DNA from: Mayamaea pseudoterrestris
Taxonomy: Eukaryota
DNA length: 64,000 bases
Direction: 5' to 3'
NCBI GenBank assembly: GCA_027923505.1
Contig: BROI01000019.1
Coordinates: forward strand, 620,001-684,000
The notes beneath the pieces are model-generated. The model ran no database searches, was not told the DNA's origin, and was given only the letters and a program-made list of their open reading frames with translations. A program made the translations under genes and the position numbers. Below are positions 1-12,243 of this stretch, piece after piece (within the stretch, counting starts at the first letter, position 1; each line of letters starts with the position of its first letter).

Positions 1-3000
1 CAGCCTGAATAATGATGTTGGCACCATTCTGGTGTATTTTGGGCACCTACAGGGCTTGCTGTAGGGGCGTTTGAATGTCACGGCATCTGCGGGCTGAGAC
101 TGGTGACAAGTTGTCACCAAATACATTGCCATCCCCTGAGACACCAGCCAAGCCTACCATCTTGTAGCGCAGCCTGAATAATGATGTTGGCACCATTCTG
201 GTGTATTTTGGGCACCTACAGGGCTTGCTGTAGGGGCGTTTGAATGTCACGGCATCTGCGGGCTGAGACTGGTGACAAGTTGTCACCAAATACATTGCCA
301 TCCCCTGAGTCACCAGCCAAGCCTACCATCTTGTAGCGCAGCCTGAATAATGATGTTGGCACCATTCTGGTGTATTTTGGGCACCTACAGGGCTTGCTGT
401 AGGGGCGTTTGAATGTCACGGCATCTGCGGGCTGAGACTGGTGACAAGTTGTCACCAAATACATTGCCATCCCCTGAGACACCAGCCAAGCCTACCATCT
501 TGTAGCGCAGCCTGAATAATGATGTTGGCACCATTCTGGTGTATTTTGGGCACCTACAGGGCTTGCTGTAGGGGCGTTTGAATGTCACGGCATCTGCGGG
601 CTGTGACTGGTGACAAGTTGTCACCAAATACATTGCCATCCCCTGAGACACCAGCCAAGCCTACCATCTTGTAGCGCAGCCTGAATAATGATGTTGGCAC
701 CATTCTGGTGTATTTTGGGCACCTACAGGGCTTGCTGTAGGGGCGTTTGAATGTCACGGCATCTGCGGGCTGAGACTGGTGACAAGTTGTCACCAAATAC
801 ATTGCCATCCCCTGAGACACCAGCCAAGCCTACCATCTTGAAGCGCAGCCTGAATAATGATGTTGGCACCATTCTGGTGTATTTTGGGCACCTACAGGGC
901 TTGCTGTAGGGGCGTTTGAATGTCACGGCATCTGCGGGCTGAGACTGGTGACAAGTTGTCACCAAATACATTGCCATCCCCTGAGACACCAGCCAAGCCT
1001 ACCATCTTGTAGCGCAGCCTGAATAATGATGTTGGCAACATTCTGGTGTATTTTGGGCACCTACAGGGCTTGCTGCAGGGGCGTTTGAATGTCACGGCAT
1101 CTGCGGGCTGAGACTGGTGACAAGTTGTCACCAAATACATTGCCATCCCCTGAGACACCAGCCAAGCCTAACATCTTGTAGCGCAGCCTGAATAATGATG
1201 TTGGCACCATTCTGGTGTATTTTGGGCACCTACAGGGCTTGCTGTAGGGGCGTTTGAATGTCACGGCATCTGCGGGCTGAGACTGGTGACAAGTTGTCAC
1301 CAAATACATTGCCATCCCCTGAGACACCAGCCAAGCCTACCATCTTGTAGCGCAGCCTGAATAATGATGTTGGCACCAATCTGGTGTATTTTGGGCACCT
1401 ACAGGGCTTGCTGTAGGGGTGTTTGAATGTCACGGCATCTGCGGGCTGTGACTGGTGACAAGTTGTCACCAAATACATTGCCATCCCCTAAGTCACCAGC
1501 CAAGCCTACCATCTTAAAGCGCAGCCTGAGTAATGATGTTGGCACCATTCTGGTGTATTTTGGGCACCTACAGGGCTTGCTGTAGGGGCGTTTGAATGTC
1601 ACGGCAGCTGCGGGCTGAGACTGGTGACAAGTTGTCACCAAATACATTGCCATCCCCTGAGACACCAGCCAAGCCTACCATCTTGTAGCACAGCCGGAAT
1701 AATGATGTTGGCACCATTCTGGTGTATTTTGGGCACCTACAGGGCTTGCTGTAGGGGCGTTGGAATGTCACGGCATCTGCGGGCTGAGACTGGTGACGAG
1801 TTGTCACCAAATACATTGCCATCCCCTGAGACACCAGCCAAGCCTACCATCTTGTAGCGCAGCCTGAATAATGATGTTGGCACCATTCTGGTGTATTTTG
1901 GGCACCTACAGGGCTTGCTGTAGGGGCGTTTGAATGTCACGGCATCTGCGGGCTGAGACTGGTGACAAGTTGTCACCAAATACATTGCCATCCCCTGAGA
2001 CACCAGCCAAGCCTACCATCTTGTAGCGCAGCCGGAATAATGATGTTGGCACCATTCTGGTGTATTTTGGGCACCTACAGGGCTCGCTGTAGGGGCGTTT
2101 GAATGTCACAGCATCTGCGGGCTGAGACTGGTGACAAGTTGTCACCAAATACATTGCCATCCCCTGAGACACCAGCCAAGCCTACCAACTTGTAGCGCAG
2201 CCTGAATAATGATGCTGGCACCAATCTGGTGTATTTTGGTCACGGCATCTGCGGGCTGTGACTGGTGACAAGTTGTCACCAAATACATTGCCATCCCCTG
2301 AGTCACCAGCCAAGCCTACCATCTTGTAGCGCAGCCTGAATAATGATGTTGGCACCAATCTGGTGTATTTTGGGCACCTACAGGGCTTGCTGTAGGGGCG
2401 TTTGAATGTCACGGCATCTGCGGGCTGTGACTGGTGACAAGTTGTCACCAAATACATTGCCATCCCCTGAGTCACCAGCCAAGCCTACCATCTTAAAGCG
2501 CAGCCTGAATAATGATGTTGGCACCATTCTGGTGTATTTTGGGCACCTACAGGGCTTGCTGTAGGGGCGTTTGAATGTCACGGCAGCTGCGGGCTGAGAC
2601 TGGTGACAAGTTGTCACCAAATACATTGCCATCCCCTGAGACACCAGCCAAGCCTACCATCTTGTAGCGCAGCCTGAATAATGATGTTGGCACCAATCTG
2701 GTGTATTTTGGGCACCTACAGGGCTTGCTGTAGGGGCGTTTGAATGTCACGGCATCTGCGGGCTGTGACTGGTGACAAGTTGTCACCAAATACATTGCCA
2801 TCCCCTGAGTCACCAGCCAAGCCTACCATCTTGTAGCGCAGCCTGAATAATGATGTTGGCACCATTCTGGTGTATTTTGGGCACCTACAGGGCTTGCTGT
2901 AGGGGCGTTTGAATGTCACGGCATCTGCGGGCTGAGACTGGTGACAAGTTGTCACCAAATACATTGCCATCCCCTGAGACACCAGCCAAGCCTACCATCT

Positions 3001-6000
3001 TGTAGCGCAGCCGGGATATTGATGTTGGCACCATTCTGGTGTATTTTAAGCACCTACAGGGCTTGCTGTAGGGGCATTTGAATGTCACGGCATCTGCGGG
3101 CTGAGACTGGTGACAAGTTGTCACCAAATACATTGCCATCCCCTGAGACACCAGCCAAGCCTACCATCTTGTAGCGCAGCCTGAATAATGATGTTGGCAC
3201 CAATCTGGTGTATTTTGGGCACCTACAGGGCTTGCTGTAGGGGCGTTTGAATGTCACGGCATCTGCGGGCTGAGACTGGTGACAAGTTGTCACCAAATAC
3301 ATTGCCATCCCCTGAGTCACCAGCCAAGCCTACCATCTTGTAGCGCAGCCGGAATAATGATGTTGGCACCATTCTGGTGTATTTTGGGCACCTACAGGGC
3401 TTGCTGTAGGGGCGTTTGAATGTCACGGCATCTGCGGGCTGAGACTGGTGACAAGTTGTCACCAAATACATTGCCATCCCCTGAGACACCAGCCAAGCCT
3501 ACCATCTTGTAGCGCAGCCTGAATAATGATGTTGGCACCATTCTGGTGTATTTTGGGCACCTACAGGGCTTGCTGTAGGGGCGTTTGAATGTCACGGCAT
3601 CTGCGGGCTGAGACTGGTGACAAGTTGTCACCAAATACATTGCCATCCCCTGAGACACCAGCCAAGCCTACCATCTTGTAGCGCAGCCTGAATAATGATG
3701 TTGGCACCATTCTGGTGTATTTTGGGCACCTACAGGGCTTGCTGTAGGGGCGTTTGAATGTCACGGCATCTGCGGGCTGAGACTGGTGACAAGTTGTCAC
3801 CAAATACATTGCCATCCCCTGAGACACCAGCCAAGCCTACCATCTTGTAGCGCAGCCTGAATAATGATGTTGGCACCATTCTGGTGTATTTTGGGCACCT
3901 ACAGGGCTTGCTGTAGGGGCGTTTGAATGTCACGGCATCTGCGGGCTGAGACTGGTGACAAGTTGTCACCAAATACATTGCCATCCCCTGAGTCACCAGC
4001 CAAGCCTACCATCTTGTAGCGCAGCCTGAATAATGATGTTGGCACCATTCTGGTGTATTTTGGGCACCTACAGGGCTTGCTGTAGGGGCGTTTGAATGTC
4101 ACGGCATCTGCGGGCTGAGACTGGTGACAAGTTGTCACCAAATACATTGCCATCCCCTGAGACACCAGCCAAGCCTACCATCTTGTAGCGCAGCCTGAAT
4201 AATGATGTTGGCACCATTCTGGTGTATTTTGGGCACCTACAGGGCTTGCTGTAGGGGCGTTTGAATGTCACGGCATCTGCGGGCTGTGACTGGTGACAAG
4301 TTGTCACCAAATACATTGCCATCCCCTGAGACACCAGCCAAGCCTACCATCTTGTAGCGCAGCCTGAATAATGATGTTGGCACCATTCTGGTGTATTTTG
4401 GGCACCTACAGGGCTTGCTGTAGGGGCGTTTGAATGTCACGGCATCTGCGGGCTGAGACTGGTGACAAGTTGTCACCAAATACATTGCCATCCCCTGAGA
4501 CACCAGCCAAGCCTACCATCTTGAAGCGCAGCCTGAATAATGATGTTGGCACCATTCTGGTGTATTTTGGGCACCTACAGGGCTTGCTGTAGGGGCGTTT
4601 GAATGTCACGGCATCTGCGGGCTGAGACTGGTGACAAGTTGTCACCAAATACATTGCCATCCCCTGAGACACCAGCCAAGCCTACCATCTTGTAGCGCAG
4701 CCTGAATAATGATGTTGGCAACATTCTGGTGTATTTTGGGCACCTACAGGGCTTGCTGCAGGGGCGTTTGAATGTCACGGCATCTGCGGGCTGAGACTGG
4801 TGACAAGTTGTCACCAAATACATTGCCATCCCCTGAGACACCAGCCAAGCCTAACATCTTGTAGCGCAGCCTGAATAATGATGTTGGCACCATTCTGGTG
4901 TATTTTGGGCACCTACAGGGCTTGCTGTAGGGGCGTTTGAATGTCACGGCATCTGCGGGCTGAGACTGGTGACAAGTTGTCACCAAATACATTGCCATCC
5001 CCTGAGACACCAGCCAAGCCTACCATCTTGTAGCGCAGCCTGAATAATGATGTTGGCACCAATCTGGTGTATTTTGGGCACCTACAGGGCTTGCTGTAGG
5101 GGTGTTTGAATGTCACGGCATCTGCGGGCTGTGACTGGTGACAAGTTGTCACCAAATACATTGCCATCCCCTAAGTCACCAGCCAAGCCTACCATCTTAA
5201 AGCGCAGCCTGAGTAATGATGTTGGCACCATTCTGGTGTATTTTGGGCACCTACAGGGCTTGCTGTAGGGGCGTTTGAATGTCACGGCAGCTGCGGGCTG
5301 AGACTGGTGACAAGTTGTCACCAAATACATTGCCATCCCCTGAGACACCAGCCAAGCCTACCATCTTGTAGCACAGCCGGAATAATGATGTTGGCACCAT
5401 TCTGGTGTATTTTGGGCACCTACAGGGCTTGCTGTAGGGGCGTTGGAATGTCACGGCATCTGCGGGCTGAGACTGGTGACGAGTTGTCACCAAATACATT
5501 GCCATCCCCTGAGACACCAGCCAAGCCTACCATCTTGTAGCGCAGCCTGAATAATGATGTTGGCACCATTCTGGTGTATTTTGGGCACCTACAGGGCTTG
5601 CTGTAGGGGCGTTTGAATGTCACGGCATCTGCGGGCTGAGACTGGTGACAAGTTGTCACCAAATACATTGCCATCCCCTGAGACACCAGCCAAGCCTACC
5701 ATCTTGTAGCGCAGCCGGAATAATGATGTTGGCACCATTCTGGTGTATTTTGGGCACCTACAGGGCTCGCTGTAGGGGCGTTTGAATGTCACAGCATCTG
5801 CGGGCTGAGACTGGTGACAAGTTGTCACCAAATACATTGCCATCCCCTGAGACACCAGCCAAGCCTACCAACTTGTAGCGCAGCCTGAATAATGATGCTG
5901 GCACCAATCTGGTGTATTTTGGGCTCCTACAGGGTTTGCTGTAGGGGCGTTTGAATGTCACGGCATCTGCGGGCTGAGACTGGTGACAAGTTGTCACCAA

Positions 6001-6284
6001 ATACATTGCCATCCCCTGAGACACCAGCCAAGCCTACCATCTTGTAGCGCAGCCTGAATAAAGATATTGGCAACATTCTGGTGTATTTTGGGCACCTACA
6101 GGGCTTGCTGTAGGGGTGTTTGAATGTCACGGCATCTGTGGGCTGAGACTGGTGACAAGTTGTCACCAAATACATTGCCATCCCCTGAGACACCAGCCAA
6201 GCCTACCATCTTGTAGCGCAGCCTAAATAAAGATATTGGCACCATTCTGGTGTATTTTGGGCACCTACAGGGCTTGCTGTAGGG
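1..6284. repeat. Satellite A: homogeneous 169-bp tandem array (~37 copies, runs off window start)
   Basis: Unit cagcctgaataatgatg...atcttgtagcg recurs every 169 bp, and the ORF track repeats with 169-bp periodicity. The first unit is ~52% GC by hand count. Each unit has a 19-bp palindrome tggtgacaa-g-ttgtcacca (101-119). Confidence 0.99.
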
Positions 6285-6585
6285 ACGACACCATGGAATG
6301 GTCTGCAGGCTGGGTGTGGCCAACACCCCAAATTATGGATGTATACCACTACAATGCCCCGTACCCTGGCCACCCAACAACCCAATTAGTCAGACAAATC
6401 ATGTCCAGGGTGTGCCATTGACATGAGGATGGTCTGAAATGGTGCAAAACGGACTGCCGTGAGGCCTACACCATGGAATGGTCTGCAGGCTAGGTGTGGC
6501 CGACAAAAATTATGAAATCATACCACTACAATGCCCCGTGCCCTGGCCAGCCAACAACCCAATGAGTCAGGCAAAACACACATAT
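6285..6585. repeat. Satellite E: ~1.6 diverged copies of a ~180-bp monomer
   Basis: acaccatggaatggtctgcaggct(g/a)ggtgtggcc...taccactacaatgccccg occurs at ~6288 and ~6468. A solo copy is at ~58054. Confidence 0.85.
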
Positions 6586-7208
6586 ACGGTGAGATTGGTT
6601 TTTAACAATCATTCCCTGCTCATGTGTAGCATCAGTGGTTTGGTGGGGCAAACATCCACACAGTAACCAGCTCCATGGTGCTACATTGTGTGGCCTTTAA
6701 AAACTACCCCAATAGTCTTGTTCATGAATTCTGTTTTGGCTATGCTTGGGGACATGTATGCAGTGAGACTAGTGCATACTAATCATTCCCAGCTCAAGTA
6801 AAAGATCATTTGTTTGAGAGGGCAGCCCCACACAGTAATTAGCTCCATGGTGCTACAATGTATGGCCTGTGTCGCCTTCAAAGACTACCCCCATGAGTCT
6901 TGTTTCAGACATTCTGTTCTGGCTGTGCTTAGGGCATGTATGCAGTGAGATTGGTGCATAACAATCATTCCCAGCTTACGTGTAGCATAAGTTGTTGGGG
7001 AGGATAGTGGTCCACACAGTAACAAACCAGCTTGCTCCATGGTGCTACAGTGTGTGGCCTTCAGTTCTGGCTATGCTTGGGGACATGCATGCAGTGAGAT
7101 TGGTGCATAACAATCATTCCCAGCTCACGAGTAGCATGAGTTGTTAGGGAGGGCAGACACCCACACAGTAACCAGCTCCATGGTGCTAGAGTGCTTGGCT
7201 TCAAAGAC
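6586..7208. repeat. Satellite B: ~4 diverged copies of a ~150-180-bp monomer
   Basis: gtgaga(t/c)t(g/a)gtgcata...aatcattccc...cacacagtaa...gctccatggtgcta repeats at ~6589, 6763, 6945 and 7094. Confidence 0.9.
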
Positions 7209-7398
7209 TTGCAGCTGCTGGCTGAGACCAGTGACAAGTTAACACCAATCACATTGCAGTCTACTGAGACACCGATCAGTCAACGTATCTTGTAGCGCAC
7301 CTGAAATAAGGATGTTAGCACCATTCTGGCTTGAGTCGGGCATACACATGGCTCAAGGTAGGGACATTTTAAAGGCATGGCAGCTGCTGGCTGAGACC
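7209..7398. repeat. Degenerate satellite A monomer closing block 1
   Basis: gctgagaccagtgacaagttaacaccaatcacattgc...tcttgtagcgcacctgaaataaggatgttagcaccattctgg aligns to the 169-bp unit. Confidence 0.9.
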
Positions 7399-7883
7399 GG
7401 ATCCAAAGAACAAAGACATTTATATTTCAAAGTTATCTATGGCATATTGGATAGAGTGTTGCAACGCTCTTGGGTGTGAGTGTCGAGCGCATCGTCGAGG
7501 CGATCGCGCCTCGATGTCGTACTGGTTATCTCGTTTCATTCCAAGAGTCGCTGTGCGAGCCCAGAGGTGTCTTCAATTCTAAAGTGATATATGATTGGCT
7601 ACTTCAGTACAGCTGCAGGTTTCACGAAAACTGACTTTTTTAGAATTGAACACCCCTATTCAAACGCAACCACATCCATAAACCGAGCCCCTATCATACG
7701 GTAGACGGAATTGCAACCATGGCCAATTTCATCGAGCAGCTTTTCGGTTTTCGGTTGACGATCTTTCGAAAATTCGATCCATAAAGATGGCTTCCTCAAC
7801 AATCGTAGTCAGCCTGAATAATATACGGGATCAGATCATTTCTACTCGGTAACAGGCTGCCATACAGGCACGCACTGATCCTA

Positions 7884-9008
7884 ATGATATTGTTGAACCT
7901 TATCTTCCTGCTGTTATTGGGGACGCTTTGCCTACTTCAGACAATTTTCTTTCGCACCATGAATGGCGCGCTGTGCCATCTCACATCACTTGAAAAAGCA
8001 ATTTTCTTGAGTAACGAGGAGGTTGCAATACTGGGCAAGTCAGTGGATACATTTTCACTGCTTCGTGCCAACGAAGAAGGACGCACCAATTCCGTGCACC
8101 GAGATGCGCGAGGACAAGAAGCTGATATTGAAAGTGGTACTTTGAGAGGTGATGAACATCAGCACGATCGAACTTTGAAGCGACTCCCACCATTTGCTGG
8201 AAAGAAAGGAGTATGCTTCCTGCTCCGCGACGAATTTGATCCAAAAGGCGGCACATGGGTCGAAAACCTCCCAAAAGTGAAGAAATTAAAGCCGTATTGG
8301 AACTATGCCTGGTCACCGAAGCGGATTGCAAAGCAACCTTCTGATATTGAGTTTGTTCCAATGTTATGGGGAGCTTGGTCGCGAAAGGGGCTTCGAGAGA
8401 CGATTCAGACGGTAATCATGCCCCAGGTGGAGGCTGGCCAAGCGAAGCGCATGCTTGTCTTCAATGAGCCCGACAGTACAGGTCAAGCAAACATAAACGT
8501 TGCAGAAGCTCTTTCATACTGGCCGATTGCTCAAAGATCAAAACTACCACTCGGAAGCCCTGCGTGTGTCGATGCAAAGAACTCGTGGATGACTGATTTT
8601 GTCGCTGGCTTGAACAGCAACACGCAGCTGCACATGGACTATCTCACAGTTCATTGGTACGGCAGAGCCAATGCGGAAATATTCAAACAACAAATACAAT
8701 CCATTTACGAGTATCATGACAAAAAATGGCCCTTGTGGATTACCGAGTTTGCTCCTGCAGACTGGGCAGCCGCGACACCCCAAGACAACAAGTTTAGCCG
8801 CGCACAAGTCCTGGATTTCATGAAGGAGGTGATACCTTGGCTTGAGAGCCAAGACTTTATTGTGGCGTACAGCTGGTTTTCGTTTCCGGTGGACAGTGCC
8901 GCCGGCACCTGCAGCGCATTGTTCGACAGCAATGGCCGAATGACGGCGCTTGGGAAATACTATGCCAGTGTCAGAAACGAGAATCCTGAGGACTATCAAT
9001 CAATTTAA
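7884..9008 (+). CDS. Glycoside hydrolase family 128-like (Asl1/Glyco_hydro_cc) beta-1,3-glucanase with N-terminal hydrophobic anchor
   Basis: Motifs WNYAW, EFVPMLWG, FNEPD (acid/base Glu), HWY, PLWITEFA (nucleophile Glu) and YSWF. Confidence 0.85.
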   Translation: MILLNLIFLLLLGTLCLLQTIFFRTMNGALCHLTSLEKAIFLSNEEVAILGKSVDTFSLLRANEEGRTNSVHRDARGQEADIESGTLRGDEHQHDRTLKRLPPFAGKKGVCFLLRDEFDPKGGTWVENLPKVKKLKPYWNYAWSPKRIAKQPSDIEFVPMLWGAWSRKGLRETIQTVIMPQVEAGQAKRMLVFNEPDSTGQANINVAEALSYWPIAQRSKLPLGSPACVDAKNSWMTDFVAGLNSNTQLHMDYLTVHWYGRANAEIFKQQIQSIYEYHDKKWPLWITEFAPADWAAATPQDNKFSRAQVLDFMKEVIPWLESQDFIVAYSWFSFPVDSAAGTCSALFDSNGRMTALGKYYASVRNENPEDYQSI

Positions 9009-9271
9009 TTCTGATCATGCTCTAGATTCGTTGAAATTCTATAGTAGAGTCTTTTTGATATCGTTTCCTTTCCGCGGAGGAGGAAGGAACAGATAGTCGC
9101 TCGTCCAAGTAGATGACGTCGTACTGGTTTTAAATACGCCTCCACATCCGAAACTCGACAAGAACACTTCGGTAATGCTGAATGGTCATCTTATTCCATG
9201 TTAGCTATCATTAACGACAGTAGGGAAACCTGATAACACGCATTGTTTCCAAAAGTGATAGTGGAGGATAA

Positions 9272-10198
9272 ATGGCGTCGGATCTACCAGCTAGCGCTGA
9301 TGGCGCAGCGACCACCGCTGAGGTCAGAACCGCTCATCCTCCCGACGCGTCGTCAGACTTGCAGGTGATGCATCATTGCGACGATGAGCGAGAAAACAAT
9401 GACAAGGGATCAACAATAGAACATCTAGAGATTGAAATGGATGATGATTTGCAAGATACGTTGGAAGCCGATTTGTCGCTCGACGAACTGGAAGCCGAAG
9501 AAGCCGGCCTCATACAAAACGACGCCGGAAAACATCGGCATCAGCAGCGGCTAAAACGACAAGCTATACTTTGCGACTACCAAAAGATTGAGCAAAGCAA
9601 CTGTCACGTACTGTTTCCTCGGTTCTTTTTCAAGAATGGTTTTGGAATGGTTGGACCGCATTGGTTTGGGCCGGCCTGCATTCTCGCCATTTTGGTGGGT
9701 ACGTCGACCATGTTCACGTCCATGGGCTTTCACATTGGACCACTAACGGGAATCACATCCATTATGTTTACTGTCATGACTGCATACAATTTATTCAATA
9801 CGTCACTACGAGATCCTGGACTAGTTATACTGAATCGCCAAGAGCCGCCTTTGGAACATGACGTTGCTGCAAACGAAGCGTCCCGGCCAGCGCCAGTCGA
9901 CGAACAAGCAGCTGCTGCCGCTCCGCGACGAAAGCGGCAGCGATGGTGCTGGTGCGAAGTCTGTCAGGCGCATCAGCCACCCGACGCGGCGCACTGTCCA
10001 GACTGCAACGTTTGCATACGAGGCTTTGATCACCACTGCGTGTGGATGGGAACATGCATTGGACGAGACAATTTTAAGCAATTCATGCGATTCAATTTAA
10101 GTTGGCTCGGGTACTTGGCGTATTGCATTGTTTGGATAAGTCTGGTGGGTCCACTTGTGACGAGCAAAGTTCGGCATGTGGCGAGTGGCGACGAGTAA
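9272..10198 (+). CDS. DHHC palmitoyltransferase (zf-DHHC)
   Basis: CEVC...AHCPDCNVCIRGFDHHCVWMGTCIGRDNFKQF, with an upstream DPG motif and TM helices. Confidence 0.93.
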   Translation: MASDLPASADGAATTAEVRTAHPPDASSDLQVMHHCDDERENNDKGSTIEHLEIEMDDDLQDTLEADLSLDELEAEEAGLIQNDAGKHRHQQRLKRQAILCDYQKIEQSNCHVLFPRFFFKNGFGMVGPHWFGPACILAILVGTSTMFTSMGFHIGPLTGITSIMFTVMTAYNLFNTSLRDPGLVILNRQEPPLEHDVAANEASRPAPVDEQAAAAAPRRKRQRWCWCEVCQAHQPPDAAHCPDCNVCIRGFDHHCVWMGTCIGRDNFKQFMRFNLSWLGYLAYCIVWISLVGPLVTSKVRHVASGDE

Positions 10199-10316
10199 TA
10201 CTGCATTATCACTAAAAGAATGACAAAATTGCCGTGGGCGTACGTGACATTAAAATATGTAGATAGTCGTAAAAGCCACTTTTCTATAACATCGGCATTG
10301 CCGTATACTGCTAGTA

Positions 10317-11915
10317 CTACCTTCTCCTTCTTCCACTCTGAGTACGAGTGCTCCTTCCACGTCGTCGATTTGTCGGGAGCAGACTCTGTTGCTCTTCGCT
10401 GCCATTGTCGTCGAACGCCATATCGTTAGTTCGTCCATAGGATGAAGCGTCGTCAGTTCCCGGCGGAAGCTCAATGTCGCCGTGACCTTCGTGCAGGTTC
10501 TCTATGTAGAATTCATCATCGTCGTCAGCATTTTCGTCCAACGACTCGGCGTCGTCATCATAATCCGCCGCTTCTACGAGCAGCAGCTCACCATCCACCA
10601 CGACTATCTCCATTGAAGATGACTCATGCAACAGGCGACCTCTTTGGTCCCAGCCGACAGAATCAATACATGGCAACGAATCCCGATAGCTCGCCTTGTA
10701 GCTCAACGCCGTTGCAAGTCCCAAACTAGCAATCCACGCCTTGCCATAGTATGCGTCTCCTAGAAAGGAAGATATTCCATCCGTCCAATAGCTTCCAATA
10801 AAGATTCCGCACAAGACGGTCATCTTGCCGCACTTGGTGTTTCTCATTAGAAGCGACAGCAGCAGAATGACGAGAAAGATGTTCCACCCAGGAGGGTAGA
10901 AGTGCACAAGTGGATTGGCCACAAAGGGCAGAACCGTTATAGGGATATGATGAAACTCGGCGCTATATATCAACACCAAGGCGCTAGTCAAGCCAGTGCA
11001 GGTTCCCACTGACTGATGAGCAATATGGTTCCTCACCAGTTCATTTGTGGCAATTGGCGTCAGGATCGTCAGAATGAAGTGGTATACTCCAAGTTCCAGC
11101 AGCAAGGAGCAGCTCCAAATAACCAAGATCGTGCGTGCGTAGGCAAACCGTGAATCTTGTTGGACATTGACGGCGACTTCTAGCGCTCGAACTGACCAAA
11201 GCAAATGTGAATTGTAAAGCAGCAGCAGCAAACCAGCCAGAGGACCCTGACATTCCTTAACAAGGCCATTGATAATTTGTTTTAACGCCTCTTGGTGATG
11301 ACGGAGATGAGATTGATAATTTCGGCGTTGTGAAGATGACGAACCGCTCGACATGGAGCATCGTCTCGACAGCGACCTCCAAGTGACCGAGGAAGGAAGT
11401 GGCGGATGCGAAAAGGCGGCCAACCAAAGCCGATGGAATCGTTTCCGTCGAAACACATGATGATAGCTTGTCATGACTTGTTTCCGTCGTCTTCGCTTGT
11501 AAAATTGGTAGAGGAACATTAGATTCAAGACGATAATTAATGATGCAGTCGTCGGGTATTGCAGCCAAGAAAATGTCGATTCAGAGGCAGCAGTTGGTAT
11601 CTGTCCCTTTTGAGACATGTCGGAAGCCTGTCTTGACTTCTTGCCTTGTAGTGCTTGGAGTACAGAGCTTGTGAGATTCATGTTTGGAATTGTTTGGTTG
11701 ACTATTTTTTGGTCGAGCAAAGCATCAGTGCTGCTGTCATGATGTACAAGAGTGCCTTCTCCGCCTGCTATAGTAATTCCACGAGCTTTTTCATTTTCAG
11801 AATATACTAATGATTCAATGTGACCATTTGCATGCTGCTGCAAGGACCGACGCCTTGGTCTCATGGCCGCCATGGTCGACTTTTGACTTGTGCGAAACGA
11901 ATGAGCCGAAACCAC
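10317..11915 (-). CDS. Rhomboid-like multi-pass membrane protein, probably catalytically inactive
   Basis: HRLWLAAFSH and LLYNSHLLWSVRALE resemble rhomboid WR/L1 and HLLFN segments, with several TM helices. No GxS or catalytic His is visible. Confidence 0.6.
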   Translation of the reverse strand: MVSAHSFRTSQKSTMAAMRPRRRSLQQHANGHIESLVYSENEKARGITIAGGEGTLVHHDSSTDALLDQKIVNQTIPNMNLTSSVLQALQGKKSRQASDMSQKGQIPTAASESTFSWLQYPTTASLIIVLNLMFLYQFYKRRRRKQVMTSYHHVFRRKRFHRLWLAAFSHPPLPSSVTWRSLSRRCSMSSGSSSSQRRNYQSHLRHHQEALKQIINGLVKECQGPLAGLLLLLYNSHLLWSVRALEVAVNVQQDSRFAYARTILVIWSCSLLLELGVYHFILTILTPIATNELVRNHIAHQSVGTCTGLTSALVLIYSAEFHHIPITVLPFVANPLVHFYPPGWNIFLVILLLSLLMRNTKCGKMTVLCGIFIGSYWTDGISSFLGDAYYGKAWIASLGLATALSYKASYRDSLPCIDSVGWDQRGRLLHESSSMEIVVVDGELLLVEAADYDDDAESLDENADDDDEFYIENLHEGHGDIELPPGTDDASSYGRTNDMAFDDNGSEEQQSLLPTNRRRGRSTRTQSGRRRR

Positions 11916-12243
11916 GATTGCAGCAACGATGAAAAGTCGAAAGAACGTCTTAACGGTTTTGGCTTTCGGCGTTCATTCATGCAAGCCTGTTTCGCTTTCG
12001 GGCTGTTGAAGTAAGCGCATTGGGCATCATCTTGAAAATACCCGGAGCTAATATTGTTATTGTACACATTTTCACACACTCACTACAAATGTCTTTTGAC
12101 ATTTTGGTATCCGAAGGCCGCTGATCGAACGATTGAAGTCGAAGGCGTCTCGATGCCTTCACAACCATTGCAAGCATCCTTCACAAAATCCATCAACGAA
12201 AACATCCTTCACTCGACTCACTCACAGCTGCTAAAACACCATC

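Noticed and set aside
47..6193. Dozens of overlapping 88-aa ORFs (and similar 60-130 aa ORFs in 20.4-36.8 kb)
   Set aside because: By-products of repeat periodicity. The 169-bp unit is not a multiple of 3, starts are mostly non-ATG, indels break frames, and no domains are recognisable.
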